The position numbers were made by a program, and so were the translations under genes. From positions 8,378 through 72,377 of the forward strand of contig JAJFUS010000027.1 in the NCBI GenBank assembly GCA_021372295.1: a stretch of DNA of 64,000 bases, read 5' to 3'. Position 1 is the first letter of the stretch. Each line of letters opens with the position of its first letter. Origin of the DNA: a bacterium (GTDB lineage: Bacteria; Armatimonadota; UBA5829). Shown one piece after another: positions 50,856-60,590 of this stretch. The notes beneath the pieces are model-generated. The model worked only from the letters and a program-made list of their open reading frames with translations, was not told the origin of the DNA and did no database searches.

Positions 50856-51317
50856 ATGCGAAGAATTATGCTGGTAATGTGTATATCTGCCATCGCACTG
50901 ATCGCCGGATGCGGAGGAGGCGGAGGGGGTTCTACTTCAACTTCACTCTCGACACTGTCATCAGATATAACCGGCGCATGGCAGGTCGAAAACCTGTCGC
51001 TGCCCGATAATGAGATCATCGTGGAAGAAGACGGTGACGTGGTGGTCGACTCCGACAGTCCGCAGACCATCGGAACATGCAGCAGCCTCGGAGTGTTGAA
51101 CCTGTCAGGCAGTTGGGTTTCCTCAGATGTGCAGCATACCATCGAAGCCACGGGAGCCATAAACACCAGCACAAGCCAACTCTCTATATGCGCGACCGTA
51201 ACACAAGCCGATGAAACAATGTGCGAAAATGCCACAGTAATCGGAACCAGAACCCAGGATGCCGATGATGATGAAGATGATGAAGAAATGGATGTGCCGC
51301 CGGCTCCGCCGTATTAA
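50856..51317 (+). CDS. Small lipoprotein with a poly-Gly linker and an acidic tail
   Basis: MRRIMLVMCISAIALIAGCGGGGGG (lipobox LIAGC). The C-terminus is DADDDEDDEEMDVPPAPPY. Confidence 0.6.
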   Translation: MRRIMLVMCISAIALIAGCGGGGGGSTSTSLSTLSSDITGAWQVENLSLPDNEIIVEEDGDVVVDSDSPQTIGTCSSLGVLNLSGSWVSSDVQHTIEATGAINTSTSQLSICATVTQADETMCENATVIGTRTQDADDDEDDEEMDVPPAPPY

Positions 51318-51445
51318 TTCCAAATTATTGAACAAAACTGATTAAAAAGCACCCCTGCTTCTGGTATAATAATGATAGATAAGTGTTATTATGACCCTGA
51401 TTGCAAACAAACAACGCTATTAATACTTGGAGACCACGCAATACT

Positions 51446-52960
51446 ATGGACTCTACAGCGGCAGTTGCGTACATTGACCTGCAGTTCAACTACATTTGGG
51501 CTAACGGTCAATATGAGCGACTGTGCGGACATGCTGTCGGCGAACTGGCCGGACGTAATTTCTTCAAAATTCACTCTTCTACCGAATATCGTGCAGCATT
51601 TATGCGCGTAATGGACAAAGGCATCCCGGAAAAACTGCCCGCGCCTATCGACTTGCCGAGCGCACAGCAAGAAACCGGGCTTTTCTGCATTGTGGCGCCG
51701 CTGAAAAATCGGTTGGGGAATCTATATGGGTTGGCGGTCTCAATCGCACATGAGACCCAACGCCTTCCCGCGGCAGACGTACGTCACAGCGCCACCGAAA
51801 TTGAAGCGTTTGTGTCAGTGATGACAGACGGCATCGCGCTGTTTGACGCCGATGGCAACGCCCACCTCGTAAACGAGGCTGCTCAACAAATGCTGGAAGT
51901 CGGCCAGCGCGTATTGCGCAAGGATTGGCCGTCGGCTACGGTCTATCCCACGGAAGAAGGGACTGCGCTGCCTCTGGAACAACTGCCATCGTCACGAGCG
52001 CTGCGCGGAGAGACAATCGTTGATGCGCGCTGCCGGCTCATTACGCGATCAGGCAGGGAGTTTGTCGCCAACATAAGCGCCGCTCCGGTAATAAACAATC
52101 ACGGAGGCGTCGTTGGAGCGACGGTCGTCTTCCGGGACATCAGTGATATGGTCGCGTTTGAGGAGAAACGGCGCGAAGTGTACGAACGCGAACACCGAAT
52201 AGCGGAAATACTTCAGCAAGCTCTGATTCCACCGCAGGTATACTACAACATTGGCCGGTGCGGGATTGTCGTCAAATATCAACCCGCGCTCGACGAGGCC
52301 GCCGTGGGAGGTGATTTCTACGACATCTTCGAGATGGACGACGGGCGTATCGGAGTCCTAATAGGCGACGTAGCGGGCAAGGGGCTGCCGGCCGCCATAC
52401 GCGTTGCAGCCGCGCGATACTCCATTCGCAGCTATGCGTTCCTTGATCCAAGCCCTTCAGTGGTCATGACACTTGCCAACCAGGTGCTCTGCAGGGAAGA
52501 AGCCGAAGAGATCGGTCTGCTTACAGCGTTTTTTGCCATGGTTGACGTTCAGACCGGAGTCATAACCTATTCCAATGGCGGGCATGAGCCTCCGCTCTTG
52601 CTCACCGCAGACGGGCGCGTTGAAGAACTCGAACTGCAGGGTGGGGGTCTTGGGTTTTACGATGGGTTTATTTACGCCGAAGCATGTCTTCATCTGCATT
52701 CCGGCGACGCGATTGTAATGGTCACCGATGGGATTACTGAAGCCAGGTCTCCCAACGGCGATTTTTTTGACAAGAGCGGCCTAATGCGCTGCCTGGCCGA
52801 GAATCATCACAAAGACCTCGATTCACTGGCTCAGGGAATCGTTGACGCAGCTCGCGCTCACGCCCACGGAAACCTGCAGGACGATGCCGCGGTTGTCGTC
52901 ATGAAAATGACTGAAGACAACGCCGAACTGAGGGTTTCACCCTCAGAGCCCCAAGACTAA
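51446..52960 (+). CDS. PAS-domain sensor fused to a PP2C/SpoIIE-family serine phosphatase
   Basis: Two PAS-like segments are followed by ...GGDFYDIFEMDDGRIGVLIGDVAGKGLPAA...NGGHEPP...VMVTDGITEA... The last ~11 codons overlap a repeat hairpin. Confidence 0.85.
   Translation: MDSTAAVAYIDLQFNYIWANGQYERLCGHAVGELAGRNFFKIHSSTEYRAAFMRVMDKGIPEKLPAPIDLPSAQQETGLFCIVAPLKNRLGNLYGLAVSIAHETQRLPAADVRHSATEIEAFVSVMTDGIALFDADGNAHLVNEAAQQMLEVGQRVLRKDWPSATVYPTEEGTALPLEQLPSSRALRGETIVDARCRLITRSGREFVANISAAPVINNHGGVVGATVVFRDISDMVAFEEKRREVYEREHRIAEILQQALIPPQVYYNIGRCGIVVKYQPALDEAAVGGDFYDIFEMDDGRIGVLIGDVAGKGLPAAIRVAAARYSIRSYAFLDPSPSVVMTLANQVLCREEAEEIGLLTAFFAMVDVQTGVITYSNGGHEPPLLLTADGRVEELELQGGGLGFYDGFIYAEACLHLHSGDAIVMVTDGITEARSPNGDFFDKSGLMRCLAENHHKDLDSLAQGIVDAARAHAHGNLQDDAAVVVMKMTEDNAELRVSPSEPQD
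52928..52946. repeat. Solo hairpin CTGAGGGT-TTC-ACCCTCAG (inverted orientation) inside the 3' end of the phosphatase CDS
   Basis: It is the reverse complement of the 54945-54963 hairpin. The adjacent AGAGCCCCAAGAC is the reverse complement of the TTGGGGCTCT part of the array. Confidence 0.6.
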
Positions 52961-53283
52961 AGCTCTGAGACACGCTTCTCAAGATGGCTCAGGCGCTTCT
53001 CCAGCATGTCGATTTCCTCTTCTAGCTCCACAACCTTCACGGCTTCAGCGGCTCCGGCCTGCTGCAGCATCTTGGATGCCTGGTCTCGCAGCCAGTCCTG
53101 CAGAGACTGTTTTTCTTCTTCAGCCTTTTTTGAGACATCGTCCACAAACTGTCTCGCCTCTTCGGAGCTCATCTCGCCTTTAGAGACGGCTTCGTCCGCG
53201 AACTGTTTGAGTTTCTCGGCACTCAAGGCCGCAGCTCCCACACTAAATGTCAGAGACTTCTTAAGCAAATCCATCATACTCAA
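52957..53283 (-). CDS. Phasin-like coiled-coil protein (COG3937-type)
   Basis: MMDLLKKSLTFSVGAAALSAEKLKQFADEAVSKGEMSSEEARQFVDDV... is typical of polyhydroxyalkanoate-regulator/phasin-family small proteins. Confidence 0.55.
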   Translation of the reverse strand: MSMMDLLKKSLTFSVGAAALSAEKLKQFADEAVSKGEMSSEEARQFVDDVSKKAEEEKQSLQDWLRDQASKMLQQAGAAEAVKVVELEEEIDMLEKRLSHLEKRVSEL

Positions 53284-53298
53284 CGCTCAGTCCTCCGA

Positions 53299-53832
53299 TT
53301 ATTCTCTGTGCCAGTTTATTCTGGCGAGTTTATCGTCTCCCGACCACTTATACTCAATGCTGCCTCTATAAGCTCTATGAATTGCCTTACCTATCCGCTG
53401 GGCCAGCTTCTCATTAGTAGTGCTTATTTCTATTCCGCCCTTCACTGTTTCCAAGCTCATAATCCGCTCCAAAGGGTTATCAGCGAGGGCGTCGCCACTC
53501 TCGTTGCGGATCAGGTTCATTATCTCATCTCTATGACGGTCTATAAATGCGCCGCTCAGCTTCAAAACTCCTCCAGGAACGTGATCCCTCATTTTTCGAC
53601 ATGCAGGACAGATTGTCTCATATTGTATGCCCTCGGCGGCTTTTTCCTTGGTCAACTCGCCTTTAAGGTACCATCGTCCGGATGTATATACCGAACCACA
53701 CTTCGTGCAGATGCTGTTTTCGCACAGAGATTCTTCGTCGATATAAGGATCGGTAAATGATTCAACGTTGCGTCGGATGTTGACAAGTAGTTTGTTGCTC
53801 AATGTTTTGTACCCCCTTCGTGCAGAGGCCAC
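53299..53832 (-). CDS. Zinc-ribbon hypothetical protein (NMD3-like / BCAM0308-type)
   Basis: CxxC...CxxC (CTKCGSVY...ICPACRK) followed by a conserved-looking C-terminal domain. The family name is from memory only. Confidence 0.4.
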   Translation of the reverse strand: MASARRGYKTLSNKLLVNIRRNVESFTDPYIDEESLCENSICTKCGSVYTSGRWYLKGELTKEKAAEGIQYETICPACRKMRDHVPGGVLKLSGAFIDRHRDEIMNLIRNESGDALADNPLERIMSLETVKGGIEISTTNEKLAQRIGKAIHRAYRGSIEYKWSGDDKLARINWHRE

Positions 53833-53890
53833 TTCACATTATAGAGTTACCCGCGCATTGAGAGCGTTCAAACGAAAGCCGCGCCTGTTT

Positions 53891-54613
53891 TCAGGAACGA
53901 GCTGAACCCACCAACGCCCATCCCGTCGCAGCGACGGCCAGCAGCCCGGCCGGTATCAGAGCGTATCGCCATGGCAGCAGCATCACCGAACCCGCAATCA
54001 GCGCCACACCGAACAAAACAAGCGTATAGTAACGAATCCCAGGCAGGCGTCCTCCCGACAGCCACTTGCCCAGCGAACTCTGGTAAGACAGACGTCCTCC
54101 GCATTTCTTGCAGACATGAGTCCCCTGCGGATAATCCACCAAACACATCTTGCAATAGGGGTTCTGCGTATCTCTGATGTATCGCTCCCGCCGCCATGCC
54201 GTCAGATTGTATTCGCACTCGATATTCGAGCCGGTATCCACAACCACCTGGAGTTCGTCTATAGCTCGATCAAGTTCGCCGAGTTTGTAGAGAGTCTCGG
54301 CCAGATACTGCCTTGCCGCCATATTGCGAGGATCGGCATTTACCGACTCAACATACTCCTCGCACTGCTTCCTGTAAAACGACCGCAGCCCTCCGATTTT
54401 GAACGAGTAGGACACATATCCCCCTACTCCAACCATCGGCAGGAGAATCAGCGCCCACTGCCAAAATGTGTGCGCCCTGCACATACCAAACGACGCGAAA
54501 CACAAGATTGCCGCCAGTATGATTGCGTCGGACAAGTCAATCATCCCCTCCGACCACCAGTGCAACATCACCATTAAAAACATGAAAGCCAGTATTACGC
54601 CTATAATGATCAT
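53891..54613 (-). CDS. Membrane protein with a TPR-like segment and a zinc ribbon
   Basis: It has N- and C-terminal TM helices. The central part is ...ARQYLAETLYKLGELDRAIDEL... and CKMC...CKKCG. Confidence 0.45.
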   Translation of the reverse strand: MIIIGVILAFMFLMVMLHWWSEGMIDLSDAIILAAILCFASFGMCRAHTFWQWALILLPMVGVGGYVSYSFKIGGLRSFYRKQCEEYVESVNADPRNMAARQYLAETLYKLGELDRAIDELQVVVDTGSNIECEYNLTAWRRERYIRDTQNPYCKMCLVDYPQGTHVCKKCGGRLSYQSSLGKWLSGGRLPGIRYYTLVLFGVALIAGSVMLLPWRYALIPAGLLAVAATGWALVGSARS

Positions 54614-54760
54614 CTATCGGCTGAGAGTCCTTTGCGGGAAAGATGAGTTTATTATACCACGCGCGGCAAGTCTGGGTCTGACCGGCAAATTTATTCAACA
54701 TAACCTGAGTGACAGGCCCGTATTTGCCCTGTGTAAGGGTGTATGTCAAATGTGGGAAGA

Positions 54761-54963
54761 TTTGGGGCTCTGCCCCAAACCCTGCCAGAGACCCTGTCTC
54801 TGGACTCTGCAAGGAAACCATGTTTCCTTGACCTTCTGACCCGAACTTAATTATCCCCTTAAGGGGATAATTAAGTTCGATACGGGGGTACAGGGGCCAC
54901 TCGGCTCCTGGCGGGATCCAAGGGCAGAGCCCTTGGTCAGGAGTCTGAGGGTGAAACCCTCAG
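54761..54963 (+). repeat. Compound array 'X' of six perfect short hairpins (8-9 bp stems, 3-nt loops, plus one 36-nt palindrome) with one conserved non-palindromic spacer block
   Basis: Hairpins: TTTGGGGC-TCT-GCCCCAAA; CCAGAGAC-CCT-GTCTCTGG; CAAGGAAAC-CAT-GTTTCCTTG; the 36-nt palindrome GAACTTAATTATCCCCTTAAGGGGATAATTAAGTTC; CCAAGGGC-AGA-GCCCTTGG; CTGAGGGT-GAA-ACCCTCAG. A conserved non-palindromic block lies between the 36-nt palindrome and the fifth hairpin. Confidence 0.85.
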
Positions 54964-55008
54964 ATCACTTCCCCCATTTTTGACACGCACCCCCTGTGTA
55001 ACGACACC

Positions 55009-55037
55009 TTGACTCGCCTCGCCTTGCCTGGTACAAT
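55009..55037 (+). promoter_or_regulatory. Sigma70-type promoter (TTGACT-17-TACAAT) ending 6 nt before the methyltransferase GTG
   Basis: The hexamers are at 55009-55014 and 55032-55037. The CDS start is at 55044. Confidence 0.4.
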
Positions 55038-55043
55038 TTCTTT

Positions 55044-55862
55044 GTGGAAGACAAAAGACTCGCTGGCAAACTGGATTACTCCGACATCGACCTCAAGCAG
55101 TGGAAGGAATATGACGATATCCTCACCGACTCGCTCTGGCTGCTCAAATCGCGGCAGCACACCGACGGTCATGTTTTCGATTATCACGGCAACTTTATCC
55201 CTCAGATCGCAAACCAGGTTTTCAGGCGCTACACTCGCGAGGGCGAAATCGTCATAGACTGGTTCCTTGGCTCTGGCACCAGCGCTATCGAGGCGGCCAA
55301 TCTCAACAGGCGGCTTATCGGACTTGAGCTGAAAGCCGAACTTGTTGAGCATGTAAAGAGCAAGCTGCCGGTCGAGTCCGTCGGCGACGCCATCCGGCTG
55401 GTTCAGGCCGACAGCGCCTCGGACGATGCCTTGAGGCGCGTTCAGACCCAGCTTGCCGGAATGGGTTCGGACTTCGCTCAACTTGCCGTGCTGCACCCGC
55501 CGTACGCCGACATTATCAAATTCAGCGAACTGGAATCCGATCTTTCCAACTGCTCTTCTACGGACGATTTCCTCGCCGGGTTCAAACGAGTCGCAAAAAA
55601 CGCTTACGATACGCTGGAAAACGGGCGTTTCGCCGTTCTTGTGATCGGCGATAAATATTGCGCGGGCGTCCTCGATCCGCTCGGGTTCAAATGCATGAAC
55701 GTGATGAATGAAGTGGGCTTCAAAACCAAGTCGATCATCGTCAAGAATATCGAGGGCAACGAAAAGGCAAAAGGCAAAAACAACAACCTTTGGCGTTATC
55801 GCGCCCTCAAGGGCGGGTTCTACATATTCAAGCACGAATATGTGATTATCTTCTTTAAGTGA
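55044..55862 (+). CDS. Orphan N6-adenine/N4-cytosine DNA methyltransferase
   Basis: SAM-binding motif I (VIDWFLGSGTSAIEA) and catalytic motif IV variant (LHPPYADII). No restriction endonuclease gene is adjacent. Confidence 0.75.
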   Translation: MEDKRLAGKLDYSDIDLKQWKEYDDILTDSLWLLKSRQHTDGHVFDYHGNFIPQIANQVFRRYTREGEIVIDWFLGSGTSAIEAANLNRRLIGLELKAELVEHVKSKLPVESVGDAIRLVQADSASDDALRRVQTQLAGMGSDFAQLAVLHPPYADIIKFSELESDLSNCSSTDDFLAGFKRVAKNAYDTLENGRFAVLVIGDKYCAGVLDPLGFKCMNVMNEVGFKTKSIIVKNIEGNEKAKGKNNNLWRYRALKGGFYIFKHEYVIIFFK

Positions 55863-56041
55863 GCTGTCAGACCAGATGACGTCCGGCTGATTGTGCCGAC
55901 AAATAGCGAGCCGACTACCAGCCGGCTCGCTATCCGTCAAAGCATATTTCGCTTTACTTGCGCGTTCGCAAGAGAGTCTTGAGGCTCCCCTAATCTGCAA
56001 ACGCCGCACATGCGGCATCAGCATTCAAAGAGAATGACGGG

Positions 56042-56233
56042 TCAGGACTGGCCTTTTTTCTTTCGTCCTCCGCCGTGACTTGCTTCGCCGCCTTTTCGGC
56101 CTGCGGTGCGAGCCTCATCGCTAGTCCACTCATGGGCCGTACCCTTCTGATGAGCGGCGCGGCCACCTTTGCGAGCGATCTCTCTTTGCTTGTCGGGGTC
56201 CATGGAGGCGAACCCCCTAAGCCGAGTGGACAT
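56042..56233 (-). CDS. KGG-repeat general stress protein
   Basis: ...IARKGGRAAHQKG...AGRKGGEASHGGG... has KGG motifs. GGAGGGAGG lies upstream of the ATG at 56233. Confidence 0.7.
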   Translation of the reverse strand: MSTRLRGFASMDPDKQREIARKGGRAAHQKGTAHEWTSDEARTAGRKGGEASHGGGRKKKGQS

Positions 56234-56404
56234 TCGGACACCTCCCTCCATCCCTGGGCTACAATATATTGTAGAGCTAATCACCTTTTAGCTTTTACCC
56301 CAGCTTGAGGAAGGTTAAACTGAGCAAGATTTGTTTTTATGTTGATGAGCAGACCAACAACTGTCGCAAAATTGCTGTGTTCGGTCTTCAGGGCTGAGCA
56401 CTTA

Positions 56405-57019
56405 CTATGAGTTGGAGCGCCTGACCAAAAAAATCCCATAGTCCGCAAAGAAGTTGGGCAATGCGCAAACAGGTTTGCAATCCTGCTCGCCAATCACCAG
56501 ATCGGTTTCGTGGATGATCTCAAGATTGTGCTCTCTGCAAAATCGCCTGAAGTCGAATATCGTTGTGAGGTGGATATTCGGCGAGTCGTACCAGTCGTAA
56601 GGCAGGCGGCTGGTGCGGGGCATCGTTCCTTTGAACATCAGTTGGATGCGAACCCGCCAGTAGCCGAAGTTGGGTATGGATATGATGCACTGCCTGCCGA
56701 CTCTCGCCGCTTCCCGTATTAGAAAATCAGGACGATGCAGCACCTGAATTGTGTTCGTGAGGATGACATAGTCGACGCTGTTGTCGTTGAAATCGGCGAG
56801 GCCTTCGTTGAGGTCGCCGTGATAGACAAACAATCCTTTCGCGATACACTCCTGGATTGCCATGTCTTCAAGTTCGATCCCCTGCACGCGGGCGCGTCTT
56901 TCGGTCTGCAGCGCCTTGAGCAGATCGCCTTCGCCGCAGCCGAGGTCGAGCACGCGGCTGCCGGGTTTTACCAGTTCCACGATGGGACGAAATTCAGGCC
57001 GCAGATCGTTAATAGTCAT
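56405..57019 (-). CDS. metW: Methionine biosynthesis protein MetW
   Basis: ...[15 protein letters not shown]...VQGIELE...[11 protein letters not shown]...YVILTNTIQ... It overlaps metX by 11 nt. Confidence 0.88.
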   Translation of the reverse strand: MTINDLRPEFRPIVELVKPGSRVLDLGCGEGDLLKALQTERRARVQGIELEDMAIQECIAKGLFVYHGDLNEGLADFNDNSVDYVILTNTIQVLHRPDFLIREAARVGRQCIISIPNFGYWRVRIQLMFKGTMPRTSRLPYDWYDSPNIHLTTIFDFRRFCREHNLEIIHETDLVIGEQDCKPVCALPNFFADYGIFLVRRSNS

Positions 57020-58172
57020 CGTTGTGTCCGTTCATTGGGTCGGCATATTCCAGGAAGCTCTCGATCAGGCGGCTCAGCGCCTCCACTTCCAGCAGAAATG
57101 CGTCGTGGCCGTAGTCTGACTGAATTTCGGCGTAGCTGACGTCAACATTGTTGCGACGCAGCGCCGAGACGATTTCTTTCGACATATACGACGGAAACAG
57201 CCAGTCCGACGAGAACGATACCACCAGAAACGCCGATTTTACACGCGAAAGCTCTTTTCTGAGCTCGCCGCTGGGTTGGGAGAGGTCGAAATAGTCCATC
57301 GCTTTGGTGATGTACAGGTAAGAGTTGGCGTCGAAGCGCTTAACGAAAGTGTCGCCCTGATGATTGAGATAGCTTTCCACCTGAAACTCGGTGACGAAGT
57401 CGTAGTCGGGGGTGACCTTGTCCTGCAGGTTTCGCCCGAATTTGGAGTGCATCGACTTGTCCGAAAGATACGTAATGTGGCCGACCATCCGCGCTATGCT
57501 CAGGCCGCTGCTGGGAACCGGGCCGCCGTAATAGTTGCCCTCGTTCCAGTTCGGATCGACCATAATAGCCTGCCTGCCGACTGCGTCGAACGCGATGGCC
57601 TGTGGAGATAGCCTGGCCGACGTGGCGATAGGGATGGCCATCCGCATCATCTCAGGGTATGTCATAGCCCACTGCAGCACCAGCATCCCGCCCATGCTTC
57701 CGCCGACCACGCACATGAGCTGCTTGATCCCCAAATGGTCGATCAGGGCTTTCTGCGCGTTCACCATATCGGGTATGGTGACCATCGGGAAGTTCAGCGC
57801 GTAAGGCTTGCCTGTATCAGGATTGGTCGAACCCGGCCCGGTGCTGCCTTTGCATCCACCGATCATGTTGGAACAGATTATAAAGTATTTGGATGTGTCG
57901 AACGCCTTGCCGGGGCCGATCATGTTGTCCCACCAGCCGGGTTTGGGGTCGTCGGGAGTGTGAAAGCCGGCGGCGTGCGCGTCGCCGGTCAGGGCATGAC
58001 ATATCAGGATGCAGTTGCTTTTGTCGGCGTTCATCTTGCCGTACGTCTCGTAGGCGAGCGTGACCGGCCCGAGCTTGAGCCCGCATTCGAGATCCAGCTC
58101 GTCAGGAGACGCGGCAAAGGTGAAATGCTGCGTCTCGACGATCCCGACCGATCCCGCTTCAGTGGTAATCAT
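57009..58172 (-). CDS. metX: Homoserine O-acetyltransferase
   Basis: ...[12 protein letters not shown]...GWWD..IGPGKA.DT..YF.IC.N..GGC.GSTGP...VVGGSMGGM... is an alpha/beta-hydrolase with the GxSxGG nucleophile elbow. Confidence 0.92.
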   Translation of the reverse strand: MITTEAGSVGIVETQHFTFAASPDELDLECGLKLGPVTLAYETYGKMNADKSNCILICHALTGDAHAAGFHTPDDPKPGWWDNMIGPGKAFDTSKYFIICSNMIGGCKGSTGPGSTNPDTGKPYALNFPMVTIPDMVNAQKALIDHLGIKQLMCVVGGSMGGMLVLQWAMTYPEMMRMAIPIATSARLSPQAIAFDAVGRQAIMVDPNWNEGNYYGGPVPSSGLSIARMVGHITYLSDKSMHSKFGRNLQDKVTPDYDFVTEFQVESYLNHQGDTFVKRFDANSYLYITKAMDYFDLSQPSGELRKELSRVKSAFLVVSFSSDWLFPSYMSKEIVSALRRNNVDVSYAEIQSDYGHDAFLLEVEALSRLIESFLEYADPMNGHNDDY

Positions 58173-58175
58173 CGC

Positions 58176-59456
58176 TCACCTCTGCGATTCCTTCAGCGCC
58201 TGGTCGATGTCGGCCAAAATGTCATCAATGTCTTCGATGCCGATGGATAAACGGATGAAGTCGTCCGTGGCTCCCGCCGCCGCGCGTTCTTCGGCTGAAA
58301 GCTGCTGATGGGTCGTGCTGGCAGGGTGGATCACCAGCGACCGCGAGTCGCCGATATTCGCCAGGTGCGAGAGCAGCTTCGCCGAATTGATAAACTTGAC
58401 TCCCGCCTCATAACCGCCCTTGATGCCGAACCCAACCATACTGCTGCAGCCTTTGGGCAGGTATTTCTTCGTCAGTTCATATCCGGGATGGCTGGGCAGA
58501 CCCGGATAGTTGACCCAATTCACGGCGTTATGGCCCTCAAGGAACTTCGCCACGGCCAGCGCGTTGGACGAATGCCTCTCCATGCGAAGCGAAAGGGTCT
58601 CGATTCCCTGCAGTATCAGAAATGCGTTCAAGGGGCTCAGGGTCGGGCCCATATCCCTCATTGCAGTGACTCTGAGCCGCGCTATATACGCCGCATTCCC
58701 GAACTGAGTTGTAAATGACATCCCATGATAGCTCGGATCGGGGTCGACGAGGTCTGGGAAATTGCCGTTTTTCCAATTGAACTTGCCCGAATCGACCACA
58801 ATTCCGCCCAGCGACGAACCATGCCCGCCCATCCACTTCGTGAGCGAGTGGATTACGATGTCCGCGCCCCACTCGATGGGTCTGCAGAGGTACGGCGTCG
58901 CGACGGTGTTGTCGATAATGAGCGGGATACCGGCCTCGTGCGCGATTTTTGCGATGGCCTCGATATCCGCAACGTCCAGCTTGGGATTGCCGAGAGTCTC
59001 GACGTAGAGCAGCCTGGTTTTGGGCGTAAGCGCTCTGCGGAAGTTCTCGGGGTCGGTTGCATCAACGAATATCGTATTGATTCCAAGCCTGCGCAGGGTG
59101 TTGTTGAACAGAGTATACGTTCCACCATAGAGCGCCGTCGACGAGACTATGTCGTCTCCGGCCTTGGCGATATTTAGCACGCACAATGTCTCCGCGGCCT
59201 GGCCGGAAGCTGTCGATACGGCGGCTAATCCGCCTTCCAGCGCGGCGACTCGCTTTTCGAGGACGTCCAGCGTCGGGTTTTGCAGCCTGGTATACATAAA
59301 GCCCGGCGTTTCCAGAGCGAAAAGCTGGGCGGCGTGGTTTGTGTCTCTGAAAACGTAGGAGGTGGTTTGGTATATGGGGACGGCTCGCGAGCCGGTAGCA
59401 TCGATTTCGTGACCCGCGTGCAGCGCTAAAGTGTCGAATTTCGTGTTGTCAGCCAT
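58176..59456 (-). CDS. metY: O-acetylhomoserine aminocarboxypropyltransferase (sulfhydrylase)
   Basis: ...FDTLALHAG...YTRL.NPT...[13 protein letters not shown]... has the PLP Lys motif. The ATG at 59456 has AAAGGAGG upstream. Confidence 0.9.
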   Translation of the reverse strand: MADNTKFDTLALHAGHEIDATGSRAVPIYQTTSYVFRDTNHAAQLFALETPGFMYTRLQNPTLDVLEKRVAALEGGLAAVSTASGQAAETLCVLNIAKAGDDIVSSTALYGGTYTLFNNTLRRLGINTIFVDATDPENFRRALTPKTRLLYVETLGNPKLDVADIEAIAKIAHEAGIPLIIDNTVATPYLCRPIEWGADIVIHSLTKWMGGHGSSLGGIVVDSGKFNWKNGNFPDLVDPDPSYHGMSFTTQFGNAAYIARLRVTAMRDMGPTLSPLNAFLILQGIETLSLRMERHSSNALAVAKFLEGHNAVNWVNYPGLPSHPGYELTKKYLPKGCSSMVGFGIKGGYEAGVKFINSAKLLSHLANIGDSRSLVIHPASTTHQQLSAEERAAAGATDDFIRLSIGIEDIDDILADIDQALKESQR

Positions 59457-59643
59457 TTTGATCCTCCTTTGAGAGCATACCATTTTTTTACTTGAGTTGC
59501 AATGTCGGACCGCTCTCCATACCTATATAGCCCGAGACTTGTTTACTGGCAAAATCACGGTTGGGAGTTTCGGGCAATTTGAGGAAGAATAGAATGGGCG
59601 CCATAGAGGCAAGCATTGCCCAACGTAATCTACGGAGGCATCC

Positions 59644-60522
59644 ATGTTCGGCCGTTCATCAAGAAAGATCGACCTGCCAAGTATGCCGGCGACGTTGGCA
59701 CGCATCATTCAAATTACCAACAAGTCGGACTCTACAGCAGAACAGCTGTCTAAAACCGTGATGCTGGATCAGTCATTATCTACTAAAGTTCTTCGCCTTG
59801 CGAATTCCGCATATTTCGGCAGACGGAACAAAGCCGAAAACATTACTGAGGCTGTTGTCACACTGGGATTTGGCTCGGTGCGAAATCTTGCCGCATCTGC
59901 GTCGGTAGTGGAGGCGCTGTTTCCGAAGAGAATGTTTCCGGGGTTCAACTGGCAGGATATGTGGTCTCACTCGGTAACGTGCGCGGTCGCCGCCGAAAGT
60001 ATATACTCGTGTATGGCGGGTCATGTGGCGGGCAATAACGAATCCGCTTTTCTTGCCGGGCTTTTGCACGATGTCGGCAAACTGATAATCGCGCGCGCGC
60101 TTCCTCAGCGCTTTCTGCAAATTGTTGAGGCGTGTCGGGACTATAACTTCGAGATGGTTCGCGCTGAAAATAATATCTTGAGCACGACCCATTGCAAGAT
60201 CGGTTTCGACCTGGCGCAGCAGTGGGACTTCCCAGAGAAGATCAGCGCGGGAATCGCGTATCATCACATCCCGGAGGACGCCTGCGAACATGAAGACCTC
60301 GCCAGAGCCGTACATGCGGGCAACTTGCTCGCGAAGAGATTGGGGAAGAATTATGTGGTCGGCGTTCCTGTTGATGTCAGTATAAACGATGTAGCGGAAG
60401 CCGCCGGGCTGCCCCCCGGAGACATAAATTTCATTGTGGATCAGGTGCGCGGCAAACTTCAGCAATGCGGCGAGCTTCTGGCCTGGGGCGACAGGATGCC
60501 CTGTCAGAGGAATGCAGCTTAG
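59644..60522 (+). CDS. HDOD-domain signalling protein
   Basis: LPSMPATLARIIQIT...LSKTVMLDQSLSTKVLRLANSAYFG...GLLHDVGKLI... are typical HDOD motifs. Confidence 0.8.
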   Translation: MFGRSSRKIDLPSMPATLARIIQITNKSDSTAEQLSKTVMLDQSLSTKVLRLANSAYFGRRNKAENITEAVVTLGFGSVRNLAASASVVEALFPKRMFPGFNWQDMWSHSVTCAVAAESIYSCMAGHVAGNNESAFLAGLLHDVGKLIIARALPQRFLQIVEACRDYNFEMVRAENNILSTTHCKIGFDLAQQWDFPEKISAGIAYHHIPEDACEHEDLARAVHAGNLLAKRLGKNYVVGVPVDVSINDVAEAAGLPPGDINFIVDQVRGKLQQCGELLAWGDRMPCQRNAA

Positions 60523-60590
60523 TGACTTAATGCTCAGCTTGGACTCGTATTTTAGACAGCTATGCGTGAAACCATCAACACGGTTTGCTG

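Noticed and set aside
54537-54821. 94-aa ORF (and its twin 62531..62797) encoding ...LQSPETGSLAGFGAEPQI...
   Set aside because: These are translations of the palindromic hairpin arrays X and Y. The similarity between the two 'proteins' reflects DNA repeats, and there is no RBS or start context.
54960-56024. 354-aa minus-strand ORF overlapping the methyltransferase
   Set aside because: The plus-strand frame carries clear MTase motifs I and IV and has a promoter. The minus-strand ORF has no motifs and runs into hairpin array X.
59457-59552. Possible SAM-type riboswitch in the metY leader
   Set aside because: A TTGCCA-17-TATATA promoter (minus strand, 59552-59524) and a ~58-nt leader with a GAGAGC...GCTCTC pairing next to the SD are visible. 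I could not match any SAM-I, SAM-II, SAM-V or SAM/SAH consensus by eye. A covariance-model scan is needed.
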